The notes below the pieces were generated by a model. That model was not told the DNA's origin and made no database searches. It saw only the letters and a list, made by a program, of their open reading frames with translations. From Promethearchaeota archaeon (GTDB taxonomy: Archaea; Asgardarchaeota; Lokiarchaeia; Sigyniarchaeales; SOKP01): a DNA stretch of 64,000 nucleotides. The stretch covers positions 32,001-96,000 of the forward strand of contig JAHPZI010000006.1 in the NCBI GenBank assembly GCA_019058295.1. Direction: 5' to 3'. Made by a program: the position numbers and the translations under genes. Of the stretch, positions 30,479-40,122 are shown one piece after another (within the stretch, counting starts at the first letter, position 1; the number at the start of each line of letters is the position of its first letter).

Positions 30479-31709
30479 TTTGTATTTTATTTCTAGTTTC
30501 TAAAGATAGTTCATTTTCCTCTGAATTCTCAATCTTAAAATCCTTGAATATCAAATAGACTAGGATTAGCATTAAAGATATAGCAAATAAACTTATTAAA
30601 AGCACATAAAAAATGTAACTTCTTATATCAGATATAAGGTTAGGTACTATAAAGTTAAATTGACTTTCGAAATAAAAGGGGCCAATTATTTGACATATGA
30701 GTAAAATTAATGTAATTATCAGGATCAAAATTAAATATTTTCTTTGAAGCGGATTTTTGAGTAAATATAAGCTTATTGGGATAATTATAGGAAAAGCTAT
30801 AAAAAAAATACGGGAATAATTTACTGATAAAAAACCCAGTAGAAATATAAATGGTAGAAGGATTATTGAATTCTTCAAAAAAGGATTTTCGATTTTTTTT
30901 AAATATAAATATAAAAAACTAATCAGCCATAAGACTCCAAATGTTCGATAAAACATATAGGGATGATAGAAAAGCTTCCTATTAAATAGGAACAAATTCA
31001 ATTGTAAGACAAATACAATTCTAGAAAATGAATAATAGATATAATTAAAACCCATAATATAACGAATTATTAGGAATACACTTATAGGAGGTATTGATAT
31101 TAACAATGTAGATAGAATACTTGACCTTAGATCTTTTTCTTTAAGTTCCAAGTAAAAGAATAAAACTAAAGTAATTAAAAGAATTTCCTTATTTATCGTT
31201 CCAATAGTTACACTAATAAGAAACAGTTTTTTATTTGAATCTACTAACGCATATAAAGCTAATAAAAAGAAGAAGAAGGTTAAGAATTCAACAAAACAGA
31301 TATTTTGGAGAAGGTAAATATTTATTGGACTTATAATAAATAAAAAAACACCACTCAAACTAATTGTAAAGCTAAATCCGATTTTTCTAAGAAAATAATA
31401 AAATAAAAGGGATGTAGCGTAAAATCCAGTTAAATTTACAATTATAAATCCTATAAGAGTCTCAACTGGTAGAATTGACACTAATAAGGGCGTTAATATT
31501 CTATACATGAAAATGGGTTTTCTATCTCTAAAATTAGAATCTGCCATAACATAATACATATGAGCATCGCCTTCCGTACTTACCGTTAAGAATGGATGTA
31601 TAAAAATCACGCCAATTACGATTATAGATAAAATTGTTAGGAAACACATTAGATTAAGTATAATAAATTGAAATCTAGGTGAATCTTTGTTTATAATTCT
31701 AATGCTCAT
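30471..31709 (-). CDS. Polytopic membrane protein, GT-C-fold (ArnT/PMT-like) glycosyltransferase-like; tandem copy A
   Basis: D...Y..MA....YRILTP first loop, ~11-12 TM, KE motif. Confidence 0.6.
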   Translation of the reverse strand: MSIRIINKDSPRFQFIILNLMCFLTILSIIVIGVIFIHPFLTVSTEGDAHMYYVMADSNFRDRKPIFMYRILTPLLVSILPVETLIGFIIVNLTGFYATSLLFYYFLRKIGFSFTISLSGVFLFIISPINIYLLQNICFVEFLTFFFFLLALYALVDSNKKLFLISVTIGTINKEILLITLVLFFYLELKEKDLRSSILSTLLISIPPISVFLIIRYIMGFNYIYYSFSRIVFVLQLNLFLFNRKLFYHPYMFYRTFGVLWLISFLYLYLKKIENPFLKNSIILLPFIFLLGFLSVNYSRIFFIAFPIIIPISLYLLKNPLQRKYLILILIITLILLICQIIGPFYFESQFNFIVPNLISDIRSYIFYVLLISLFAISLMLILVYLIFKDFKIENSEENELSLETRNKIQIK

Positions 31710-32685
31710 TTTAAGTAATGGAATTTTTATTTCTATTCTCTAAATTTATTTCATTTTCATCAGAATTCCTAATCTTTAAATCTTTGAATATCAAATAGAC
31801 TAGGATTAACACCAAATATATAGTGAATAAAGATGATAATAGCACATAATAAACATAACTTTCAAATTCAATTATAATTTTAGGTGTAGATCTGAAAAAA
31901 TAAAGAGTACCAATTATGTGACTTATGAGTAAAATTAATGTAATTATCAGGATCAAAATTAAATATTTTCTTTGAAGCGGATTTTTGAGTAAATATAAGC
32001 TTATTGGGATAATTATAGGAAAAGCTATAAAAAAAGGACGGGAATAATCTAATGCAAAAAGACCCTGTAGAAATATAAATGGTAGAAGGATTAATGATCT
32101 CTTTAGAAAAGGATTTTCGATTTTTTTTGAATATAAATATAAAAAACTAATCAGCCATAAGACTCCAAATGTTATATAGAACATATATGGATGAAAGAAA
32201 ATATTTATTTTGATCATGTTTAAATGCCATTGTAGAGTAATTATGATTGTAATATATGAATAATAGACAGCAATAAAATGCATAATATAACGAATTATTA
32301 GGAATACACTTATAGGAGGTATTGATATTAACAATGTAGATAGAATACTTGACCTTAGATCTTTTTCTTTAAGTTCCAAGTAAAAGAATAAAACTAAAGT
32401 AATTAAAAGAATTTCCTTATTTATCGTTCCAATAGTTACACTAATAAGAAACAGTTTTTTATTTGAATCTACTAACGCATATAAAGCTAATAAAAAGAAG
32501 AAGAAGGTTAAGAATTCAACAAAACAGATATTTTGGAGAAGGTAAATATTTATTGGACTTATAATAAATAAAAAAACACCACTCAAACTAATTGTAAAGC
32601 TAAATCCGATTTTTCTAAGAAAATAATAAAATAAAAGGGATGTAGCGTAAAATCCAGTTAAATTTACAATTATAAATCCTATAAG
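31053..32685. repeat. Direct repeat: 31053-31457 identical to 32281-32685 (405 bp, offset 1228); second identical block ~30697-30807 / 31925-32035
   Basis: Base-by-base reading of the two copies. Confidence 0.9.
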
Positions 32686-32946
32686 TGTTTTAACTGGTAG
32701 AATTGACACTAAAAAGGGCGTTAGTATTCTATACCTGAAAGGGATCCCTCCTTGCATAAGATTAATTTCTGCCATAAGATAATATTTATGCCCATCGTTT
32801 ATGGGAACTACCGATAAGAATGGATCTATAAAAATTACGCCAATCACTATTATAGATAGAATTGTTAGGAAACATATTAAATTAAGTATAAAGAATTGAA
32901 ATCTCGGCGAATCCTTGTTTATATTCATTGATCTAATACGTTTCAT
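31711..32946 (-). CDS. Polytopic membrane protein, GT-C-fold glycosyltransferase-like; tandem copy B
   Basis: NDGHKYYLMA...PFRYRILTP; close paralog of 30471..31709. Confidence 0.6.
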   Translation of the reverse strand: MKRIRSMNINKDSPRFQFFILNLICFLTILSIIVIGVIFIDPFLSVVPINDGHKYYLMAEINLMQGGIPFRYRILTPFLVSILPVKTLIGFIIVNLTGFYATSLLFYYFLRKIGFSFTISLSGVFLFIISPINIYLLQNICFVEFLTFFFFLLALYALVDSNKKLFLISVTIGTINKEILLITLVLFFYLELKEKDLRSSILSTLLISIPPISVFLIIRYIMHFIAVYYSYITIIITLQWHLNMIKINIFFHPYMFYITFGVLWLISFLYLYSKKIENPFLKRSLILLPFIFLQGLFALDYSRPFFIAFPIIIPISLYLLKNPLQRKYLILILIITLILLISHIIGTLYFFRSTPKIIIEFESYVYYVLLSSLFTIYLVLILVYLIFKDLKIRNSDENEINLENRNKNSIT

Positions 32947-33887
32947 AAAAATTCTAAAATTTGGTTATGTTTAATAATTATAGATTTTTAAAAAAATAAA
33001 TTTTTTTAAAACGATATTATATGTTCGGTATAATCCCTTTTATTGATAACGTTGCTGAAAAGAGCTCCAAATATTTTTCTTAACGTCATTAACTGATTTA
33101 TTTCGATAAAAAGATATTTAAGAGCAATCTTTATTAAAAAAGGGATTTATTGAATAAATAATTATCTTTAGTGAATTATAATATATGTTTTGGCTATATT
33201 TATATTAGCTATTAAAACGGATATGTTACTTTTCCTTTTTTTGTCTCTAAATTTGATAAAAAAGCTCTAGAGATTCTGTTTGGAAAAATATGTCATCAAA
33301 AAATCTATTGGGTTTTTTTAATATATCTATTAATCTCAATTTTTAATAATTATTATCAATCTGGGTAATAAAATAAGGAAAAAAAGATATCTTTAAGGTA
33401 AAAAATGGGAATGAATCCCCATTATTAAGGAGTTGATATGTTTTATTAATCACTTATTAAACATAGCATATTAATCTGCAAATATTGTTGTCTCGTTAAT
33501 AAAATTCTTTAAATAATGATTTTTCTTATAGCTTAATCTTTAGAAGATATTTTATGAAAATACTAAATTATTTGCGGATTCGGTTCATTCGTAATTAATT
33601 TAAGAGATTTTATAGAATTGGTTAAAAATACTATCGCCGACGAATATACGAAAACCCTTCTATTTCGTTTTTTTCAACTAATTTTTACTGATGCCGTAGT
33701 TCAATTGTTGGAATTAATTTTAATGATTATATTATTTTAAGAATATAAAAATATTCAAAAATCGAAAATAGCTTTCATTTTTTATAATATTCTTTAAAAT
33801 TTTGATAAAAAACTTTTTCAGAAAGAACTAGAATTTCATTGATTCATATCTCAATAGTAGAAAAAGGATATTTAAATAGAGCCTATT

Positions 33888-34418
33888 TTAAGTTAGCTCC
33901 AATTTATCCATCATCATCTGAGAGATTTTAATAAATATCTCCTCAACATTTTCACCAGTTTTAGAAGAGCATTCAATAATATCGTCGATATTATTTTTTC
34001 TTGCCAATTCAATAGCTAATTCAGTGGAAACCGTCCTCTTTAAATTAAGATCTAATTTTCCTCCTACCATTATCAATGGAATATCTATCTCTTTTTTATC
34101 AAAACCTTCTTTAAAAACATTTAACCATTCATAAATATTTAAGATGCTAGAGTGGCGTGTAATGTCGTACATAAAGATTCCCCCTGAAGCTCCCTTTGCA
34201 TAACTGGGTAAAAGAAATCTGAATTTATCTTCTCCAGCAAAATCCCATATTTGTAAAGTAATTTGTTTTTGAGCATGGTTTAATTTTTTCATATAAAAGT
34301 CAGCGCCAATTGTAACCTTATACTCGCTTTTAAATAGTCCTGTAAGATACCGATTGACCAAAGTAGTCTTCCCTACACCTCCGTTCCCGAAAACACATAC
34401 TTTATACTTTAATGACAT
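33888..34418 (-). CDS. Rab-like small GTPase
   Basis: GNGGVGKT, TIGADF, LQIWDFAGED.FR, GGKLD, CSSKTG; no C-terminal Cys. Confidence 0.95.
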   Translation of the reverse strand: MSLKYKVCVFGNGGVGKTTLVNRYLTGLFKSEYKVTIGADFYMKKLNHAQKQITLQIWDFAGEDKFRFLLPSYAKGASGGIFMYDITRHSSILNIYEWLNVFKEGFDKKEIDIPLIMVGGKLDLNLKRTVSTELAIELARKNNIDDIIECSSKTGENVEEIFIKISQMMMDKLELT

Positions 34419-34526
34419 AGTTTTAATTTAATTCAAATCTTAAAAAAAAACTTTTTAATCAAAATTTCTGTTAATTTCTTTAGAGTAAAATAATCCTATT
34501 TTTTATTAGAAGTTAAATGAATTTAA

Positions 34527-35060
34527 TTAAATTAACCCTGCTATTTCTACCAATTTTCGAGCTATTTTATAGAAAATTAATTCTACATTTACGCCTGTTT
34601 TTGCTGAACATTCAATATAATCGTGAAGCTCGTATTCTTTTGCTAGGAGAACCGCATCACTGCTAATAACAGATCGTCTATCGTGGAGGTCTAACTTACC
34701 ACCAACCAGGGTAATAGGAATTTCATGATCACTGTCCTTAGTACCTTCATAAAAACCTTCAAGCCATTTAGGTAAGTTTCTTAAACTAGAAACCCTTGTT
34801 ATATCGAACATAAAAATACCACATGAGGCTCCTTTTACATAACTTGGTAAAAGGAAACGAAATCTGTCTTCACCAGCAAAATCCCAGATTTGGAGTGCTA
34901 CTTTTTTACCCTCTATTTCTAAAGTTTTAAGTAAAAAATCAACTCCTATCGTCATTGTTGTATTACTTTTAAAGATTCCCGTTAAGTATCTATTGACTAA
35001 ACATGTTTTTCCTACTCCACCATCACCGAAAATGCATACTTTAAACATTGCGTCTTGCAA
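34527..35060 (-). CDS. Rab-like small GTPase (tandem paralog)
   Basis: GDGGVGKT, TIGVDF, LQIWDFAGEDRFR, GGKLD, CSAKTG. Confidence 0.95.
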   Translation of the reverse strand: MQDAMFKVCIFGDGGVGKTCLVNRYLTGIFKSNTTMTIGVDFLLKTLEIEGKKVALQIWDFAGEDRFRFLLPSYVKGASCGIFMFDITRVSSLRNLPKWLEGFYEGTKDSDHEIPITLVGGKLDLHDRRSVISSDAVLLAKEYELHDYIECSAKTGVNVELIFYKIARKLVEIAGLI

Positions 35061-35213
35061 AAGATTCTCCCGTAAATCTTATCTTATTTAAATAAATTAT
35101 TAATATACAATTTGTATTGTTCTTTTTTAAAGTTTTATTAAAAAAAACATTGATTTTCATTTATACCTTAAAATAATAATTAAAATAAAACTAAAATATT
35201 TAATCGTTTTTAT

Positions 35214-36638
35214 TTAAATTTCCTTATTTTTATAGAAATCAGAGTAGAATTTTAAGAAATAATAATTTGACAACCTTGTATTTATAATTGAATCTATTTG
35301 AATAAATTCATTAGGAGCGTGAGCGAATCCACCAACGCCCAGACCTCCACTGATAAAATTTAACCCCAACATTTTTTTTATTTCGCTTAGTGGAGCAGCA
35401 GCTGCGCTTATTGGCCATAATTCAGTAGAAACTCCTAAAAAATCTGCACTTTTTATCAGACTTTTAACTAACGCAACATCTTTTTTGACTCTACATCCTT
35501 CATACCCCGCATTCCTAATTAATTCAATTTTGGATTTAGTACCTTTAGAGAAATTTTCAATTTTTTCTTTAATTTCTTTGAAAATTTGTTCTACAGAAAT
35601 ATTATGTGCAAATCTAATGTCTATTTTGCAGATTGCTTCATTTGGGACATAATTTTTCGTTCCTTGTTCTAAATAGCCGGATTTTAATGTGGAAATATTA
35701 AAGGTTGGATTAAATAAGTAATTGGTAAATGTCAATTTAGGATCGATTTCAATTGTTTGCACTATTCCGGCTTTCTTTATTATTTTATTTATATTGAATT
35801 TTTTGATTAAATCGTCGATTAGCGTTTGTTCTTCTTCTGAAAGCACGTAAGGTTCTTTCAAGCAGTCAATGTGAAACTCATTACTAGAATAGATGGTATT
35901 AATTAAAGAGATCAAATCAGACGCAGGATTTGGGATCAATGCACTAAATGCTGAGTGTGGCTCTTTATTTTCTGATGAAACTTTTATGGTTAAAGATATA
36001 ATTCCCTTATAACCTAACTTTAAAACTGAAATTCCGTTAAGATCTTGCTTTGTTGATGGATAATAGGCGCCAATACAATTTTCAAAAATCTTATTGTTAA
36101 TTACATTTTCAAGATATTTCAATAAAGTTGGCGAACCTTTCTCCTCTTCACTGTCGAATAAAAGTACCAATGATATCGGTAATTCATTCTTCTCTTTCAA
36201 TAATTTTATAACGTTTAAGAAGCATAATAAAGGGGTTTTTGAATTATAAGCACCTCTAGCGATTATACATTTACCTAAAGTATTTAAGGGTGGGGAAAGA
36301 ATTCTTATTTCTGCACCAAAAGGGTCACATATCCATTGTTCTTTTTTATTTATTGGTTGAGTGTCGTACATCATATAAATAAGCAATTTTTTTTTTAATT
36401 TACCTTCAACTTTAGCAATAATTAAAGGATTAATTTCACCAGGACATTCAATGATCTCCTCAGAAAAGCTTGAAATATAAGAGATTAAAAATTTTTTTGC
36501 TTTTTTAATGCCTTTTTCATTTAGAGTATTACTAGGGATCTTCAAAAAGGGAATTAATTCACTTTTAATAAATTCATCATTGCTTATCTTTAATAGATCT
36601 TCTATTATTGGGATTTCATTCTCATTCTCATTTTTCAT
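35214..36638 (-). CDS. M20/M25/M40 family metallopeptidase/deacylase
   Basis: MYDTQP, W..DPF, ARGAYNSK, EEEKGS, HAPNE; first two metal ligands look atypical (HxD->MYD, DD->YN). Confidence 0.85.
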   Translation of the reverse strand: MKNENENEIPIIEDLLKISNDEFIKSELIPFLKIPSNTLNEKGIKKAKKFLISYISSFSEEIIECPGEINPLIIAKVEGKLKKKLLIYMMYDTQPINKKEQWICDPFGAEIRILSPPLNTLGKCIIARGAYNSKTPLLCFLNVIKLLKEKNELPISLVLLFDSEEEKGSPTLLKYLENVINNKIFENCIGAYYPSTKQDLNGISVLKLGYKGIISLTIKVSSENKEPHSAFSALIPNPASDLISLINTIYSSNEFHIDCLKEPYVLSEEEQTLIDDLIKKFNINKIIKKAGIVQTIEIDPKLTFTNYLFNPTFNISTLKSGYLEQGTKNYVPNEAICKIDIRFAHNISVEQIFKEIKEKIENFSKGTKSKIELIRNAGYEGCRVKKDVALVKSLIKSADFLGVSTELWPISAAAAPLSEIKKMLGLNFISGGLGVGGFAHAPNEFIQIDSIINTRLSNYYFLKFYSDFYKNKEI

Positions 36639-36705
36639 ATATAATAAAATAGTTAAATTAATAATTAATTTAATTAATCATTGGAATTTGAAGCAATCAA
36701 TTATA

Positions 36706-37092
36706 ATGAGTAAAGACATATCGTCATATTCTATGAACTTTGAAGCTATAAACTTAATATTAGATGAAATGAAAGAATTAGGCACGTTTAAAGGAATTTT
36801 ATTTTCTAAGCGTGATGGAGGATTAATTGCTGAAAATATTGGTAAAGATATTGACTATAATGAGTTTGCGGCGATGTGTGCTTCTGTTTTTGAAAGTGCT
36901 GAAGGATTAGGAAAGACCTTTGGAGTTAATAAAATTGGCAAGATTATTGCCGAATTAGGTGATCAAACAATAATAATTGTTGAATGCTCCAATAAGACTT
37001 TTTTAACATTCATAATTGGGAAAGAATCCAATGTTGATCTTGTATTTGATAATTGGGCTAAATATAATCAGAAAATAATAAACGCATATTAA
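36706..37092 (+). CDS. Roadblock/LC7 domain protein
   Basis: GILFSKRDGGLIAEN...FAAMCASVFESAE.LG; start moved to ATG 36706 to avoid overlap with the peptidase. Confidence 0.85.
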   Translation: MSKDISSYSMNFEAINLILDEMKELGTFKGILFSKRDGGLIAENIGKDIDYNEFAAMCASVFESAEGLGKTFGVNKIGKIIAELGDQTIIIVECSNKTFLTFIIGKESNVDLVFDNWAKYNQKIINAY

Positions 37093-37152
37093 ATTCAAAT
37101 TGAATTAAATCCTATAAGAAGTAATGTATACGAGCTTACCTGACATTAAACA

Positions 37153-37752
37153 ATGAAAGTAAAAATTATTGCCTATTCGGATAATATTTGTCCATTCTGT
37201 TATATTGGAGCAAAACGTTTTGAAAAACTCAAGCAAGAAGTTGATTTTGATATTGAATGGAGGGGATTTGAAATTCATCCTGAAGTTCCCAAAGAAGGAA
37301 TATCACTCAATATTATTTTCAAATCTCTTTATTTGAGTAAAGGTATTGAGTATATAGAGAACTTAGGCAAAGATGTAGGGTTAATAATTAGGTGCACTAT
37401 GCTTTATAATTCACATTTAAGTTTAAAGGCGAACGAATTTGCTAAAAAAAAAGGGATCTTTAAAGAATTTCATTTAGCAATTTTTAAGGCATATTTTGAA
37501 GAAAATAAAAATATCGGAAAGGTTAATGTGATACTTGATATCGCTGAGAGTGTAGGTTTAAATAATCAAAAGTTAGAGGAATATCTACAAAGTGATGAAG
37601 CTGAAAATATTCTAAAAGAAAACTCAAATTTTGCATTTAAGCATGGAATAACTGGAGTGCCTACATTTATCATTGGAAATTCAATTATTGTGGGAGCGCA
37701 GCCGTATGATTTCCTTAAAAAAGCAATCTTAAAAGAACAAATTATGGATTGA
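37153..37752 (+). CDS. DsbA-family (FrnE-like) oxidoreductase
   Basis: YSD.ICPFCYIG, GITGVPTFII, GAQP. Confidence 0.93.
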   Translation: MKVKIIAYSDNICPFCYIGAKRFEKLKQEVDFDIEWRGFEIHPEVPKEGISLNIIFKSLYLSKGIEYIENLGKDVGLIIRCTMLYNSHLSLKANEFAKKKGIFKEFHLAIFKAYFEENKNIGKVNVILDIAESVGLNNQKLEEYLQSDEAENILKENSNFAFKHGITGVPTFIIGNSIIVGAQPYDFLKKAILKEQIMD

Positions 37753-37824
37753 TAAACATTTTATAAAACTAAATATTAGGAAAAAAATTTTATTTTCTTT
37801 TTTAATTATGAAATTTGTTAATCA

Positions 37825-38619
37825 ATGAAGTTCAAATACACAGATTATCATGTTCATACACGTTGGAGCCACGATATTAAAGAGTTCGGCCCAGCTTTCG
37901 AAGAATACATAAAAGTGGCAGAAAAAAATAAAATTAATATCTGTTTTTTAGACCACTATGAACTTCATTATATTGAAAATGATAAAAATTATCCATTTTA
38001 CGGAGATGGCAAAATAAATCAATATCTTGAAAAAGTAGATAAACTTAAGGAAAATTTTGAATTTGTTTTTAGCGGTCTTGAAGTGGATTATTATATTGAC
38101 AGGGAAATGGAATTATGGGAATTTATGGATGATTATAGGAAACAAATAGATTTCATTGCAGGAACATTACACGAGACGGAAGTTGGATATCCAGTAACCA
38201 CAAGAGAAAAACTATTAGAGCTGTTAAGAAAAAAAAAAATAAAAGATATTGTGGATGAATATTTTGAATTAATGGAGCGATTAATAAATTCAAAAATTTT
38301 TAAAAATATTTGCCATCTTGATACCATTTTTAGATATTTAAATCCAAAAGATTTTAAACCGACTTTAGATTGTGATATATCGGATGAGAGAGTTTTAAAT
38401 CTTGGTAGACTCTGTATTGAAAATAGAATTAGCATAGAATATAATCTCTCTGGAATAAAATATCCTATAGCACGTTCATTTCCCTCAAAACCTGTCATAA
38501 AACAATTAAATAAGGAAGGCGCTCGTATTTTTGTTGGCTCAGATTCCCATTCGGTTAATTATTTTCGAACTAGAATTCAGAAAGTTAAAAAAGCTTATAA
38601 ATTTTTAAAGAAAAATTAA
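37825..38619 (+). CDS. PHP-domain histidinol-phosphatase (HisJ/HisK) family
   Basis: DYHVHT, DH, GLEVDY, HLD, GSDSH. Confidence 0.9.
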   Translation: MKFKYTDYHVHTRWSHDIKEFGPAFEEYIKVAEKNKINICFLDHYELHYIENDKNYPFYGDGKINQYLEKVDKLKENFEFVFSGLEVDYYIDREMELWEFMDDYRKQIDFIAGTLHETEVGYPVTTREKLLELLRKKKIKDIVDEYFELMERLINSKIFKNICHLDTIFRYLNPKDFKPTLDCDISDERVLNLGRLCIENRISIEYNLSGIKYPIARSFPSKPVIKQLNKEGARIFVGSDSHSVNYFRTRIQKVKKAYKFLKKN

Positions 38620-38634
38620 AAATTTCTTCAATAA

Positions 38635-39930
38635 TTAAAGATCTAATTTATGCTTTTTCTTAAATAAGTCTTTTAATTCGCCTAGAATAGAGGATCTTGA
38701 ATTAGGTGTTGGAGGCTCAATATTAGATTCTTCGAGGTGAATAGGCTCTTCAGCTGGTATTTCAGCTGGTACTTCAGCTGGTACTTCAGCTGATACTTCA
38801 GCTGGTACTTCAGCTGGTACTTCAGCTGGTACTTCAGCTGGTACTTCAAGATACTCCCTTCCTTCAATTGCTTCAATTCTCTGTTCTATTGCTGATAATT
38901 GGGATGAGATAGATTCAGAAAGTTTTATAATAGCATTCATTAGGCCTTCCACAATTTCTCCTAATCCATCAATTCTTGTAATAGCAGGGTCGCTTACACT
39001 ATAATTTGATTTCATAACATCTTTAATATATTTGGAAAATTTTGGTTCATTAGATATTAAGGAGTATATCGAAGTTAAATAGGTTTCATAATCTAATTTA
39101 AGCTCTATACGGTCAAATAATTCTTTCAGATTATCTTTTAAAAATTCAACATTCAACTCTATTGTTGGTTCCCCTTTTAAATCCGGGTCGTATTTATGTA
39201 AGAAGATTAGCAAGTAAGGATTTTCTTCTAAATTACCAAGTATTTCAAGTATTTTTTCAAAATACTCAAATGAAGCTGCAAATCTCTCAGAATCTTGTAC
39301 ATCAATTACATATAATAGTAAATCAATCTGAAGGAAATATTGCTCAGGATATTTCAGATATTTACTTCTATATTCTTTCTGCCCTCCCAGATCCCAGACA
39401 AATAAATCGAGCCCTGAACCTTCTATTACTTTTCTTTTGACCCCCTTTGTGGGTTTTAAACCAACCAGATCATCTATTCCTAACTTACCACCAAATTTAG
39501 ATATTATTGCGGTTTTACCGGCATTGTCTAGACCTACAACGACAACCTTTTGTTGTGTTTTATCTCCACTAATCGCATCGTCTTTGATGCTTGAGATAAT
39601 AGAGCTAATAGTAATGGCTTTTTCCAATTTTTTTTCAAATTGAGGATATTTATTGTAGAGTGCTTTAATTTTTTCATCAAATTTTTCTCGTGTCTTTTTA
39701 CTTTTAAATTTAGAAGCTTCGACGATATTGGAGATTTCTAAAAATTCTTCTAAATAATTCGCCTCATCTTTGTCAATAAAATTAAATATTTCAAGGGGTA
39801 AATTCTTAATATCATCAATAGATTCTATTTTTATGGTTTCCTCTCCGCCTGAATATTCTAATTTTTTAACGAATTTAGGTTCCAAGAATTTTGCCAGTGC
39901 ATCAATTATATTTGAGAAACCTGATTCCAT
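38635..39930 (-). CDS. Multidomain Arf/Rag-like GTPase with N-terminal helical domain, coiled coil, EVPA repeats and C-terminal amphipathic helix
   Basis: GLDNAGKT, LKPTKG, WDLGGQKEYR, HKYD, TSI. Confidence 0.9.
   Translation of the reverse strand: MESGFSNIIDALAKFLEPKFVKKLEYSGGEETIKIESIDDIKNLPLEIFNFIDKDEANYLEEFLEISNIVEASKFKSKKTREKFDEKIKALYNKYPQFEKKLEKAITISSIISSIKDDAISGDKTQQKVVVVGLDNAGKTAIISKFGGKLGIDDLVGLKPTKGVKRKVIEGSGLDLFVWDLGGQKEYRSKYLKYPEQYFLQIDLLLYVIDVQDSERFAASFEYFEKILEILGNLEENPYLLIFLHKYDPDLKGEPTIELNVEFLKDNLKELFDRIELKLDYETYLTSIYSLISNEPKFSKYIKDVMKSNYSVSDPAITRIDGLGEIVEGLMNAIIKLSESISSQLSAIEQRIEAIEGREYLEVPAEVPAEVPAEVPAEVSAEVPAEVPAEIPAEEPIHLEESNIEPPTPNSRSSILGELKDLFKKKHKLDL
38749..38848. repeat. 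Coding tandem repeat, 8 x 12 bp (ttcagctggtac) = (EVPA)8
   Basis: Eight units, two with single substitutions (EVSA, EIPA). Confidence 0.97.
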
Positions 39931-40122
39931 TACAATCTCTGTTATTAGTATTTTAATTATGTAATATTAATAGTTAGAATTAATTTTAAATTATGTATTA
40001 TAAATTATTTAATATCTAGATTTAATTAAGATTTATATAGTTGTTTTCTCTTTTTATATATACTAAGGATATATGAATTATCCAATTTATTTTTTGATTT
40101 AATCAATATAGAAGAAATATTT

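Noticed and set aside
30471-32946. Diversity-generating retroelement TR/VR pair
   Set aside because: Both copies are full genes, differences are block-wise rather than adenine-specific, and no reverse transcriptase is present.
36508-36705. N-terminal extension of the Roadblock ORF
   Set aside because: Overlaps the divergent peptidase start; the domain begins after ATG 36706.
37153-37752. Possible selenoprotein (Lokiarchaeia use Sec)
   Set aside because: Redox motif is plain CPFC; I saw no in-frame TGA read-through candidate here, and the TGA codons upstream of rpl24e/rpo7 are part of SD motifs.
38749-38848. Possible CRISPR array
   Set aside because: Contiguous 12-bp units with no spacers, in frame in a CDS; no cas genes.
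38682-38876. ORF with (YQLK)n repeats
   Set aside because: Alternative frame of the EVPA minisatellite inside the GTPase gene.
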